From: Eledone cirrhosa
Taxonomy: Eukaryota
Length of the DNA: 64,000 bases
Reading direction: 5' to 3'
Assembly (NCBI GenBank): GCA_964016885.1
Contig: OZ024740.1
Coordinates: 241,924,001 to 241,988,000, forward strand
Positions 38,806 to 52,254 of the stretch are shown here, one piece after another; the first letter of the stretch is position 1, and each line of letters begins with the position of its first letter. Below the pieces are notes generated by a model. That model did not search any database. It saw only the letters and a list, made by a program, of their open reading frames with translations, and was not told the DNA's origin. Made by a program: the position numbers and the translations under genes.

Positions 38806-39509
38806 TTTTTTTAAGACAATGAAGATTTAAAATCAATCGAATTCGTTTTTTTTTACTTATTCGTCTTGGCGTTTTAATCTCATTGTATTCTATATTATTT
38901 GGTTCTTGTTTAACTTTTTAATTTACATAGAGTACAATTCAATAGAAACTAAAAAGTATATTATTCATCAATAGTAAACAAAATACATTTTCCCTTCAAT
39001 TCTGAATATGCCTCTTTTATGGGGAATTTCACCCGCAAATAAGTCATAAATATACAACAGGAGGAATTTTAAGGCTGCATTGATTACAAAGTAAATAAGA
39101 AAATTAAAGTGAAATAGAGACATCAACAATGGAATTAATGTCTTTAAAACGTTTGTTATGTCAATGAAATTTTATGATAATAAAAATGTTTTGATTTTTT
39201 TCTCTTAATATTTTTGTTACCACATGCTAGTCTGTAAATCTGTATAATGCTGAATATTAATTTATGAATTTGGCATGAAATCGTTTACAAGGTTTAAGTA
39301 CTTGACTGTGAAATACAACTCAAATCTTACAACGGATTCGACGCACGAGCTATTAACATGATACCCATATCCATTACAGTTACGCATTACATTATGCATG
39401 ATATTTATAGCTTAAGTAGGGCTGTCGTGCCATTAAAATTAACAGCTATTTCAGTTCAGGTTCGTTAGGCGCAAAATACATTTCAGATTCTTTAGTTCCT
39501 TTTCTCTTA

Positions 39510-39735
39510 TAGAAATGGTTTCTTATATAGGCACAAGGCAAGCGATTTTGGGGGAAGGGGAAAGTCGATTAAATCGACCCCAGTGCGTGACTTGTACTTT
39601 ATTTTATCGACCCCGTAAGGATGAAAGGCAAATTTAACCTCGGCGGGATTTGAACTCATATTATAAAGGGCCGTAACCTCTATGCTGCAAAGCATGGTGT
39701 CAGACTCTCTACCGATACTTCCAATCAACCGCCCT
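39510..39735 (-). mobile_element. Main tRNA-derived SINE (long variant)
   Basis: Consensus on the minus strand. Confidence 0.9.
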
Positions 39736-40088
39736 CATATTCTCTTATAGTAATATAATTAGTTAGAATTCGCTGTATTAGAGACTATGTCATCACACTT
39801 TTCTGGTTTACACACGAATAATAATTGAAACATAGATACTCGAGGTTCAGTACAAGGAAACGCGATAGGGTTCCACAGATGTATTGTAGGGAGTTGTAAT
39901 ACTCCAATCAACTGAGACTATCGAAGCAGGTAATAGACAAAATCTCCTTATAAAAATAATAATAACCCCTTTTTGAAGAGCAAAAAAAGAAAGAAATCAA
40001 AACACATTAAAAAAAAACAAAAGCTAAGCGTCATATATAATAAGAGTGTAACACTTGCATCTACGTGTTGCAGCTAAGTGTTCACATA

Positions 40089-40172
<84 letters not shown>

Positions 40173-40179
<7 letters not shown>

Positions 40180-40334
40180 GGAGGATTTGATCAGAGGTAA
40201 ATACTGTATTGAAGGTCGAGTGACGCAACTTCAAGCGATTAGCGGCCTTTAGACACATCTGATCAATGAAACAATTGTTAATACTTGAAATAAAGCCTCT
40301 TATTGTACAGCCGACCATGTTATTCTTCATTCTT

Positions 40335-40338
<4 letters not shown>
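40173..40338 (+). mobile_element. Short insert in (TA)n with a long-stem-II hammerhead-like motif
   Basis: tatt-CgGAGGA-t-ttgatcaga...tctgatcaa-t-GAAAC-AATT-GTT-aata. Confidence 0.55.
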
Positions 40339-40421
<83 letters not shown>

Positions 40422-40427
<6 letters not shown>

Positions 40428-41466
40428 AATTAATATCTAGTAACATATATATACATACAGATGCATATCAATGCTAGCAAATATATAGGTTTTGTCTTAT
40501 TAACATTGTGGTTCAATGCATGGGGTTGCAGAACAATAATATGAGAGACGTAAAATAAGAAAATTATAAAATTAACTTACTTACTAAAATATCACTTCCT
40601 ACTAATTAGTTTCTGGAATGGAGTAAATATATTTTCCGAAGAAGATATGGAGAAACATTCCGTCGTCAGGGAAGTCTATTCTCAGCTAAGTTTCCAGGCA
40701 AAGCGAGGACTCTGGAAACTTATTAAAAAATAATTCAGTGGATAGGAAATAGCAAAGCGTGGACTGAATTCCTAGCCATTGAGAAAATCACTGCCTCTGC
40801 GTCTGTGGCAAATTCTTTTTGAATTTGCCACAGACGCAGAGGCGTATTTCGGAAAATATATTTACTCCATTCCAGAAACTAATTAGTAGGAAGTGATATT
40901 TTAGTAAGTAAGTTAATTTTATAATTTTCTTATTTTACGTCTCTCATATTATTGTTCTGCAACCCCATGCATTGAACCACAATGTTAATAAGACAAAACC
41001 TATATATTTGCTAGCATTGATATGCATCTGTATGTATATATATGTTACTAGATATTAATTCTTTATAATTATCTCCAAATTATTTGTCGAGCAATATTGG
41101 CCATGACTGCTGCTATGGTAGTAGGCAGGCCGCTGTCTTATTAGCAAACCACTTTCCACTGATTGACCTCGATGTCACGTGATTGATTCTTTTTGAATTT
41201 CCCACAGACGCAGAGGCAGTGATTTTCTCAATGGCTAGGAATTCACTCCACGCTTTGCTATTTCCTATCCACTGAATTATTTTTTAATAAGTTTCCAGAG
41301 TCCTCGCTTTGCCTGGAAACTTAGCTGAGAATAGACTTCCCTGACGACGGAATGCTTCTCAGTATCTTCTTCGGAAAATATATTTACTCCATTCCAGAAA
41401 CAAATTAGTAGGAAGTGATATTTTAGTAAGTAAGTTAATTTTATAATTTTCTTATTTTACGTCTCT

Positions 41467-41468
<2 letters not shown>
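40422..41468. mobile_element. Large fold-back plus tandem non-coding element in (TA)n
   Basis: Minus arm 40422-40815; plus arm 40815-41190 with an internal deletion; the head repeats at 41188-41468; CTGACGA-cgga...ttcg-GAAAATATATTTA core at 41341-41387. Confidence 0.85.
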
Positions 41469-41517
<49 letters not shown>

Positions 41518-41524
41518 TAATAAT

Positions 41525-41710
41525 AATAATTGTTTCTATTTTTGGCACAAGGCCAGCAATTACCCCAGTTTATTACTGGTACTTTATTTTATCGACCCCG
41601 TAAGGATGAAAGGCAAAGTTAACCTCGGCGGGATTTGAACTCAGATCATAAAGGGACGTAACTCTATGCTTCAAAGCATTATGTCCGACTCTCTACCGAT
41701 ACTGCCAATA
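41525..41710 (-). mobile_element. Main tRNA-derived SINE
   Basis: Consensus on the minus strand. Confidence 0.9.
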
Positions 41711-41911
41711 ATAATAAACAAAAGATAGGTACTTCAAATCATCTCTATTTATTTTATTATATATATTTCCAAGATACAAGGCTTATGTATAACATAATTC
41801 AAAACATGTACTCGTCAGATAAAATGCATAGGAGATGCAGGTTTCTACTGATATACTGGCTGTCGAACGAGCTGAACAGATCGGTGACAACCAAGCATAT
41901 GATTAGAAAAA

Positions 41912-41983
<72 letters not shown>

Positions 41984-42894
41984 TACTCTACGTGTGGATA
42001 AGCTTGCACATTAGGATTGCATATATTTAAAAACAAATTTTATGTAGCTGTGTGTACAGTTTATTGTAATAAATTATCGTGTTTTGAGCTGATATAACTC
42101 TTTCACCTATATATTTCTAGTTTTTATATTAGAAAACGAATTTTTTTTATATACATATATATGCTTGCGCACGCCCGACCGTTTTCTATAGTAACGAGAG
42201 AGCCTTCTCCATGGTCAATTGACTCAATTATATCTCTCATACTCTACCATTATAAAAAAGGAAAAGAGACATCAAATACTGTATTTCTTTAAAATGCAGA
42301 GTAATTACGACTGAGATACATTTGATCATAGGCCTGTCCGGTCACAGCTGACTGGCCTAATCAAGAAGAAGAACAAAAACAAAAACGCTTCCTATTCTCC
42401 AGGACGATTTGAAAAGAAGATACAAAAGGTGTTATGTATCGAGTAACCTATAACTGTTTCAAAGCTTTAACGTCTTAAAATTACTTAACAAATTAACATT
42501 TACTGTACGATATATGCAACTTGAATTCTTAAATTCCTCAATGTCAAGTTAAACATCCATACCGTGAACTATCAGTTATGTTGGGGGGATAAAATATTAC
42601 GGCATAAGTTAAATGGCTCGAAATCCTCCAATATACTTACGTTACTAAATTTTTATATTAAGATCGTTGATTCCAAATGAGAAAACAGATGCAGTATTTA
42701 ATTAGTTGTAAGTACACACACACACACACACCATAATATACGTGTGTGTATGTATATATATGTATGTCTATATATGAATATATATGTAAACACACACACA
42801 CACACACACACATATATAATACTGTTATGTCTATTTTAACTTCGTTGTAAATGCGTGCTGATTTAGTGTTAAACAATAGCAACATATGCGCACA

Positions 42895-42975
<81 letters not shown>

Positions 42976-42977
<2 letters not shown>

Positions 42978-43160
42978 CGAAGGAGTTGTGGTAAGGAACC
43001 AGATGGGCCATAACGCACCAGAGTACTCAATACTTAGGGCAGTAGAGTTTATAACAGGAAAAAGTATGACCCCGACGGCAGAGCTCAAGCCGTTTCGACG
43101 GCTATTTCCAGAAATAGCCGTCGAAACGGCTTGAGCTCTGCCGTCGGGGTCATACTTTTT

Positions 43161-43162
<2 letters not shown>
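42976..43162. mobile_element. Fold-back insert in (TA)n; related fragments at 23636-23666 and 61460-61598
   Basis: Perfect arms 43057-43108 and 43112-43162; an ~80-bp tail on the left arm only. Confidence 0.85.
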
Positions 43163-43193
<31 letters not shown>

Positions 43194-43204
43194 TTTTTTG
43201 GGGG

Positions 43205-43729
43205 GTAAATATTGATGCAATTCAATTCAAGCACTCAACGTACTTATTCCACAAAGGAGTGACGGAGTAAATATCGAATAAGGAAAAGCGAAGTAGTTTC
43301 AGATGTTCAAGTCTTTTAATAATAATTGTTTTTACTTTTGGCACAAGGCCAGCAAATTACCCAGTGTATTACTGGTACTTTATTTTATCGACCTCGTAAG
43401 GATTTAATAATAATGCTGTGATATATATTTCAATGGCGACACTGGCACATTGTTCTGTGTGCCAGTGTCGCGACATCGGGCAGACCGGTGGGGGTGAATT
43501 GGTGCTCACAAGGGAACGGGTGAAGAAACCAAAAGCACACACTTCCTCCGTTCCCATGTCGTTTCAATTTGGATTGCCTCGGAAACATAACCTTGTTATG
43601 TAACAAGCTGTCTGACGATGTCGGGACACTGGCACACAGAACAGTGTGGTCACTGTCGCCATTGAAATATATATCACAGCATTATTATTAAAAGACTTGA
43701 ACATCTGAAACTACTTCGGTTTTCCTTAT

Positions 43730-43731
<2 letters not shown>
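43205..43731. mobile_element. Fold-back insert (family of 4743-5231) carrying a nested SINE fragment
   Basis: Same arms as 4743-5231; SINE 3' fragment 43327-43402 with TSD tttaataataat. Confidence 0.85.
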
Positions 43732-43776
<45 letters not shown>

Positions 43777-44002
43777 CGCCCGGTCCAGGAATCGAACTCA
43801 CAACCTCAACATTGTGAATCCAATTCACAATGTTGAGGTTGTGAGTTCGATTCCTGGACCGGGCGATGCGTTATGTCCTTGAGCAAGACACTTTATTTCA
43901 CGTTGCTCCTACCTGGAGTTGCGACCGATAGATAGTATTAGCAACTGGAAAGACCAACGGAAACATTGCTTCCTCGGTCCGATTTGACGAAAGTCGATCG
44001 AT

Positions 44003-44005
<3 letters not shown>
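43777..44005 (+). mobile_element. tRNA-SINE-headed element with inverted 5' duplication in (TA)n
   Basis: 43777-43819 is the reverse complement of 43823-43866; then tgtccttgagcaagacactttatttcacgttgctcc and the 3' end cctcggtccgatttgacgaaagtcgatcga. Confidence 0.8.
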
Positions 44006-44074
<69 letters not shown>

Positions 44075-44146
44075 AAATTGGAACGGGAACGAAAACAGAG
44101 AGGCAGTACAAACAAAGGTTTATAGTTTCACGCTCTTGAGAGTGGG

Positions 44147-44217
<71 letters not shown>

Positions 44218-44439
44218 TGCGTGTGTGCATATGTTGTTATTGTTTAACACTAAATCAGCACGCATTTACAACGAAGTTAAAATAGACATAACAATTATTA
44301 AATGCATTACGTTGTACAGTGTTGAATTTAATATGGTTGTTTTTCTCCTTCTAATCGGTCCATACTAGAAATAGAGCAATTCTTTAAAAACTGTGAAGTA
44401 ATAGTAATGTAATAACGTCAAAGGTGCTATAGAGGGTCG

Positions 44440-44637
44440 ACAAGGGTCGATTGAAAAGTTCATAGGCTGACCAAGATACTCTCATGGAATGACCAAATGA
44501 GGTTTATTTGTTTAACGCAGTCCCCAGAAAGAAAGAATGCTGTTATTAATAAGAGATGAAATTAATGCATGCAAGCTTTCACAGCTCTAACATCACTCCT
44601 TCATAGTCAGCCTATGAGCTTTTCAGCCTACCCTCGT
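44440..44637. mobile_element. Mariner-type MITE
   Basis: TIRs agggtcgattgaaaagttcataggctgac / gtcagcctatgagcttttcagcctaccct. Confidence 0.75.
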
Positions 44638-45191
44638 TGAGGCACTCTTTACTTTATGATGTTTTGTTTAGTGCCTCACAATTCTGATTTCAAGACTTTA
44701 TAAAATAAATGTTAATAATTTTATTGAGACTGTAACAAAACCTACTGCCGCCACTCGCAATCGAGTATGAGTTGGTAGTATATACGACGCTTTCGCTAAG
44801 GATTTTAGGTACCAATGAAATCAGGAGCAGACACCGATTCTCTCTCCTTCGATTTAGTGGAACATCCAAGATGGGACATCTGAAACCAGAAGGACTGCAC
44901 CAATACTGGACTGGTTCTTTGTTTATCAACATCGACAGGATTTGAACTCATAATGCAGGCATCACAAAAACGTATCCAACGCTCCAGCGACTATAAGAGA
45001 CTCTACATTATATAGAAACAGACAGGAGAAAGAAGGAAAGAAAGAATGGGGTTTCTGTAGCTAAAAAGAAATAGCAGTAAAACGATCGAACGAGGGAGCC
45101 TACGTGGTGGTTTGACATGTTTCCAATAGCAGGTAAAATGCCTCAAATCACACTCGGCTGCCCTAAAACATAGAGAAACAATGTATAAGGG

Positions 45192-45251
<60 letters not shown>

Positions 45252-45309
45252 TCCTAATTAAACCATTTTTCAACTGTGAACAATTTGTCAGCATTTTCTA
45301 TTCCGTTTA

Positions 45310-45375
<66 letters not shown>

Positions 45376-46895
45376 TATATTCTTTCATGTATTCATTGAA
45401 CCTTGTTTAACTTTTAAATATATATAGCTCCCATCAGGTTGACCGCTTTTATCTACAATAGATTGCATATTTAATAAATTATGGAATTCTTAACCTCCAC
45501 GACATCCCTCAAGGATATACCTATACCATCTAGTGAGGAATACATGAGGAAAATTATTGAACAAACAAACTCTTTTATAAGAAGAGTGAGATGGTGAGCA
45601 TTTCATTTCGATAATAAAGAAGCTAAAAGAAAACCCAACAGCAATTATTTCGAAACTTTATTTAAATCCAGAAAGAATCCTCCATACAACAAACTCCTGG
45701 AGGATTTTGAAACTGAAATGCTCAGTATACTTAAGAAAATTAAATTCAGGAAAAACCCATATATAGGTCACCAATACCTTAGAACTTTAAAAGAAAAAGT
45801 CTCGGAAATTAATAAAGTTAATAAAATATTGGTAAAATCGGACAAAACAAATAATTTATATGGGATAAATAAAGAAGAATATAATGATTTGATTTTAAAA
45901 GAAGTAAGGAAAAATTATAAAAAAGCCCCGGCTGAAGATCTTACAGACATCAATAATGATGCATATAAATTAATTGCAAAGTTAGGAATTGAAGGAAGAA
46001 CCGAGCCTCTTATGCCTAGACAGCCGAGAATCAATTTTAAAGATCACAAAAGAAACTTTGAGGAAGACCTGCCAGTTAGACTGATTGCTCCATCCAAATC
46101 GGATATTGGAGTAATCAGTAAAAATATTATTAATAGAATTCTACCTATTTTGAAATTGAGGTTTAATTTATACCATTCAATCACTTCATTTGAAGTGATT
46201 GAATGGTATAGAAATATAGATGATAAGAAAAACCATAAATTCATCCAGATGGACATAACAAGCTATTACTCTTCCATTACGCCTAACCTACTAAATAAGG
46301 CTTTATCATACGCTTACAAACATACAGATCTAATTACGGTTGAAATTTATATCATATTAACTGCTAGAAGAACTCTAACTTCAACAATGAGTACTGGACC
46401 CGCTCAGATAGAAATAGAAACTTCGACATTATCATGGGATCATCTGACCCAGCACAAGTCACGGATCTTCTGGGGATTTTCATCTTAAATATGATAAATA
46501 GAAAACTGCCGGAGATTACCGGTGGTTTATATAGGGACGATATTTTATTTACGGTTGTCAAACACAACAATATAGAACTAAATAGGGTAAAGACAAATAT
46601 AATTGAATTCTTTAAAAATTACGACCTTAAACTAGAGGTAGAAAGTGGTACCAAAATAGTTAATTTCCTTGATGTTACCCTTAACTTAAACTCTGGTTTT
46701 TATTACCCTTTCCATAAGCCCAATGAAAACTTAAATTACGTTAGTTATTACTCTAATCACCCTAAATCTGTGAAAAACGCTATTGTAAATAGTGTACAAA
46801 AAGGCATAACTAGAATATCTGCCAATAAATCAATATTTGATGATAAAGCAGGATATTATAATGATGCGCTAAGAAAGGCAGGTTATAAAAATAAT

Positions 46896-47087
46896 TGTTT
46901 CTACTTTTTGGGGGCACAAGGCCAGCAATTACCCAGTGCATTACTGTACTTTATTTTATCGACCCCGTAAGGATGAAAGGTAAAGTCAACCTCGACGGGA
47001 TTTGAACTCAGATCGTAAAGGGACGTAACTATGCTGGAAAGCATGGCGTCCGACTCTCTACCGATACTGCCAATCCACCGCCCTTGG
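46896..47087 (-). mobile_element. Main SINE nested in the PLE ORF
   Basis: 16-bp TSD aggttataaaaataat (46880-46895 and 47088-47103). Confidence 0.93.
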
Positions 47088-48390
47088 AGGTTATAAAAAT
47101 AATATAGAATATATAGACAATAATAATCCGAGTCTTAATCCTGATAAAAATAATGGCATATATAAACGACATTCTAAAAATTATAATAATTATAATTCAA
47201 ACACCTGTACTGTGAATAAATCGGGGAAAAGAACCAGAACTAAATCAGTTATATGCCCCCCCCCCCCTGCTTCTGTAGCAGTAAGGACACCAATAGCTAA
47301 TCTATTTTTTAAAGCTTTAGATAGTTCCTTCCCTAGTCAACATAAATACCACTCCATATTTCATAGACACACAATTAAAATGTCTTATTCTACAACTATG
47401 AATATGGCCCAAAACATCGCTAAACTAAATAGTATAATTCTAAACCAAAATCAACATAATGCTATTAATAATAGTGTTAATATAAATAATAATAAATTGA
47501 AATGTAATTGTAGAAATAAACCAGATTGCCCTCTGCAAAATAATTGTCTGGATAGAAATCTGGTGTATAAATGCACCGTAAAAACAAATAACAACACATA
47601 AAACTACATAGGAGAAACTTCTTCGACATTTAAATCGAGATTTGCGAATCACAAATGCTCATTTTCGAATTTTAATAGGAAGTCTTCGACTTCTTTATCA
47701 CAACTTATATGGTCATTAAAAGACAAAAGTTTAAAATACTCGATCTTTTGGACGAAGCTTTGTAATAGTAAAATATATACGAACTCATCTATATCAACCC
47801 ACTGCAACCTCTGCACAAAGGAGACCCTATTAATAATTACTAATTATGAAAACTTAATTAACAAAAATAGTGAATTATTCTCAAACTGCCTTCATAAAGC
47901 TTTGTCTACATTCCAAGCCTCGCAAAAAGTCAGGAAAAAACACTAAACAATCCGGCCTTACTTTTTGACGTCTCTTATCAACTGTTGGGCCTAAAAAGAC
48001 ATAACGGTTTATAACACTTTAATAATGCTTTATCTTCTAATCATTTATGGTAGAATTAATGTTACAACGTGTTTACTTGATAAATATGCATACCTTATGA
48101 TTTTTTTAGATATTTATAATTTTGATTCAGATCTTTATTTATCTGTCTCTGTTTTAAATATATAATTTGGATATTTAACTTGTAAATTTACTAATTATAA
48201 TTGAACTGTAGATCATTCATGCGTTTGCATATTTTACATATTTTACTCATTTTGAGAAAGTTAGATTCGCATTTATTTATTCTTTATATATATCTAGGTA
48301 TAAATATAACAAACCGTAATATTCGACAGATATTGGTCTCTATCTCCACTGAACTTGAGGTAAAACTACAATTATAGCATTACTAATAAT

Positions 48391-48550
48391 TGTTTCTACT
48401 TTAGGCACAAGGCCAGCAATTATCCAGTGTATTACTGGTACTTTATTTTATCGACCCCGTAAGGATGAAAGGCAAAGTAAACCTCGGCGGGATTTGAACT
48501 CAGACTGTAAAGGGACGTAACTATGCTGGAAAGCATGGTGTCCGACTCTC
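48391..48550 (-). mobile_element. Main SINE (5'-truncated) nested in the PLE 3' region
   Basis: 18-bp TSD tatagcattactaataat (48373-48390 and 48551-48568). Confidence 0.93.
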
Positions 48551-49722
48551 TATAGCATTACTAATAATGATTATAATTATTTATTAATTAAATGTTAACC
48601 GTTTTATTAATACCTATAATAATATCTCTATATAGTTGTACAAATATCTTTATCTAGTGTAATAACATACTCGTAGTTACATTTATAAATAATTTAGACA
48701 CTCAAATGACTCTATATTTTTATAAGTGTTTGATATTCCCTGGAAGTTCGAATTTATATAATGATTTTTACATAATATAATATAATTTAATTTAATTTAA
48801 TTTATTTTAATTAAATTTAGATTACCTTCGTGCCTTTTCAAGTTTTTAGCTCCTCTTTCTATCACATTCGCTAAAATATTTTAGATGTATCTTTTGTCTA
48901 CTGTATTAAAACCCTATTACATTTATAATATATTTTTATATATATTTTTAATATTGGGCACCTTTATGCTTCGCAAACAATTCATTATCTTTTATTTGTA
49001 TATTTATTTCGTATCTCAAACTATTTAACCATAAATTCTTTAATAATTATAACTATAATTATTTTATAAATTATATTATATAAATTGTTGTCAATATTAT
49101 AAATAATTTTGGTAAAGATTACCTTCGTGAGGGTATAAAAGCATTATATATTTTTTCATTCTTGTGTTTCGTTAATCCTTTAAATTTGTTTTCATAAAAT
49201 TTGAATTTTAGAAATTAAACTTGATAGTATAATTATAATATTAATATAAATACCTATTAACTTTTAAAACCTAAAATATTATTCATTACTCTGAAATAAC
49301 TTAAATTAAATATTTTGAATATTAACGGCCAACTATATTAATTTGGATATATATTGCATATATGGAAAATTGTCTATAAACTTGAACATAAATTACTCCC
49401 CTTTGTCTCTCTCTCTCTCTTTAATCATCTTTCATTTGTTTTTTCGAGCCACCTACTAAATATATTATCACATCAGCTGTTTCTTCCTCTATGCTTGCCT
49501 TTCTCTCCTCTTTCTTCAGTAGTCTTTTAAAAAAATTTTAACTGTTATATTGATGCCATGTATTTTTTTTAAGCTGTATTACACGCACCATCTCTATTGT
49601 TTGTATTAAGTTATCCCATGTTCTCAATATTAGGGTATAAATATTGTGTCTTGTCATATGTTAATCACTACCATGACTGAATCTTAACCATCTACTATGT
49701 CAGGGTATGTCATGCATCATCT

Positions 49723-49789
49723 TATTTTATCTGATGAGGACATACTGTTGAACTTAACTGAGTACCTCTGAAATATGTATAATAAAATA
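49723..49789 (+). ncRNA. Type-I hammerhead ribozyme motif at the PLE 3' end
   Basis: TATTTTAT-CTGATGA-GG...CCTCT-GAA-ATATGTAT-A-ATAAAATA: 8-bp stem I, AUA triplet. Confidence 0.8.
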
Positions 49790-49829
49790 TACTTGATCAC
49801 AAGAATATCTATTTTGTTAATATTTTGAA

Positions 49830-49864
<35 letters not shown>

Positions 49865-49954
49865 ATTGTAATGTCCAGTTACTGTAGGTTCAACAGAGTG
49901 AGCACTCGATGCGTAGTTTCCAGTAAGTATAGAGGTGTAGAACGAAGCAGAGCG

Positions 49955-50362
49955 TAATAACTGTTTCTAATTTTGGTACAAAGCCACCAACTACCCAGTG
50001 CATAACTGGTACTTTATTTTATCGACCCCGTAAGGATGAAAGGCAAAGTTAATCTAGGCGTGATTTGAACTCAGAATGGCAAGTGTTGTAACTCTATGCG
50101 TCAAAACATGGCGATTTGTTATGTTTATTGAGTAATGAAGACATAATGAATCGTCCTTATTATTATAATTATTATTATTGTTATTATTAAGGCAGTGGAT
50201 TGGCAGTATCGGTAGAGGGTCGGACCCCATGCTTTCCAGCATAGTTACGTCCCTTAACGATCTGAGTTCAAATCCCGCCGAGGTTGACTTTGCCTTTCAT
50301 CCTTACGGGGTCGATAAAATAAAGTACCAGTAATGCACTGGGATAATTGCTGGCCTTGTGCC
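49955..50362. mobile_element. Two main SINE copies (minus 49955-50115, plus 50190-50362)
   Basis: Consensus on each strand. Confidence 0.88.
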
Positions 50363-50366
50363 ATTA

Positions 50367-50741
50367 ACTGCTCAGCCGTTAATATGCATAAGGAAAGTAT
50401 ATACTTTCAGACGTTCAATCATCTGACAGGAAGGTATACGTTGCTGACGATAACTAATAAGCTTGAAACTAGTACAGCGTTCCTTTGTCAGTGTTGAACA
50501 AACGAACAACGATGGTTGCTAGACACTGTACGGCTTAATTCGGGATGTTTATTTACAAACACACCAAGCATTATAATAAATGTTCGGTGAATCCATACGT
50601 ACATATATATATATGTGTGCATGTATGTATATATACATACTACTGTACGTCTGTATACATATATATATGTACGTATACATACTTATATTTAAGTAACAGC
50701 CATTCTAAGACTGAGAAATGAAATTTCGTTTCATTTTTTCC

Positions 50742-50748
<7 letters not shown>
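50367..50748 (+). mobile_element. Diverged copy of the 432-bp HHR unit of 3745-4438
   Basis: Colinear with 4039-4438; HHR core CTGACGA...GAAACTAGTA at 50444-50474; same 3' end before (TA)n. Confidence 0.85.
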
Positions 50749-50808
<60 letters not shown>

Positions 50809-52254
50809 GAACAATAGATTAGCCATTTTAGTTGAGTCCTATTGTCAACTTGATATAAATAGCGACTGGATATGTCTTACTTTATGAACGGAATAATAAT
50901 GTTGATTGGCTCCTGATGAAGAGCTAATTCACTGTGAAACGTATTTGTAATATCTTACATTTCCCTGTATAGAAAGAGAATAACAGAATGTTCTTCACAT
51001 GTATTTAAAACTTTACACATTAAATTTATCTTAAAATTTCCAATATGAGCCGAGATTGGGTGGGTGGGTGCGCATGCGCGTCTGTATGCGTGCATGATGT
51101 AATTATACACACATAGACAAACGCACCAACAATTAAGTTATTACAGTTTTGCTTTCTTAATGTTAATGCACATCGGACTTTACATTTTATTTGACTGCTA
51201 CTACGATGTGTGAATGAACTGAATCATATCAATATGTTCTCACACAATGTAGACACTTGTATACACGTAGGTAATATGTGATAAGCCAAATATCACACTA
51301 ATCCTGATGTTAATCTTTCTAGATTGGTTTCTACTTACAATCGCAGAAACATGAACCTTCTCTGTGTTATTTCTGTTGCCTTCAAGGGTTGAAGTGTCAG
51401 ACAGAAGTGGAATCAGTAGAGTACAAGAATGAATGCTTTACAGCAATTTGTTTAGTCTCCTTACACTATAAGTTCAAGTCTTCCTGGCATCGACGTAACA
51501 TCAGATCCATTGCGTGTTGATTAAGTATTTGCGATTAGATTTTCTTTGGTAACATCTCAAATGAAAATATTTTCTTTTAAACATTTACTCTTTTCAGTCA
51601 TTCGACTGCAACTATGCTAACGCAGCTGTGAACGCAACAGTTCGCGTCGCAATGATTAGGTCTCGAGTCCGATTCGACTGTGTGACATCTTGAGCGAGTG
51701 CCATTTAACATAGCCTCTCGTCGACCTATTCGTGGTGACTGAAACTATTTGGAAGCCCGTCTGATGGACTACCGGTATCTCAAAGGGCCACTCTTGCCAC
51801 ACATTGTCCTCCTGAGAAAATTAAATTAAGGCTAAACCTGTCTGTGGAATGCTCAGTCACTTCAATGGTAATGTCTGAACAGACGGAGGCGAATTCCATG
51901 CTATGGTATCGCATTTCAAAGGTCTTTAGTCGATCCTATCCACCAGTGCTTATCACAGTGCAGCCCTTATCTTATTCTCTCCATTTATCAAATAGCTAAG
52001 TTATTTCTATAGTGTAATTGGAGCAAATCGATGCCGTGTTTTACTCCGGGATAGGTACACACAAGTACGCACACATACGCACACATATAACTGCGTCTTT
52101 AAGTTCACTTTAAATGCAAGTGGTTTCGTGTTCAGTCCAATACCGTAGCACTATGAGAAAGTATTCTCTACTATAAGTTCGGTTGAAACTATGCCTTGTA
52201 AATGAAATTTTGTAGACGGAAGCCCGTCGTATATATATATATATATATATATAT

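Larger units (their letters stand above)
45370..49832 (+). mobile_element. Near-full-length Penelope-like element (Hydra-group-like), ORF 45481-47946 disrupted, long 3' region with hammerhead, inserted in (TA)n
   Basis: SLKDIPIPS...RRVRW; KSDKTNNLY; KDHK...PVRLI; MDITSYYSSI; MGS; GLYRDD; NFLDVTL; SNHP; CNCRNKPDCPL...LVYKC...YIGET...RF..H; CNLCTKE...CLH. Two stops, one frameshift and two SINE insertions. Confidence 0.92.

Noticed and set aside
45595-45597. In-frame TGA in the PLE ORF as possible selenocysteine (as in some Naiad PLEs)
   Set aside because: It falls at a basic-residue position (RW[R/K]AF) and is most simply CGA/AGA>TGA. The ORF has other lesions and the endonuclease is C-terminal, unlike Naiads.
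50912-50945. CTGATGA...GAAACGTA hammerhead-like core (also minus strand ~31460-31495)
   Set aside because: Stems do not pair convincingly or the NUH is missing; probably decayed members of the same class, so not called.
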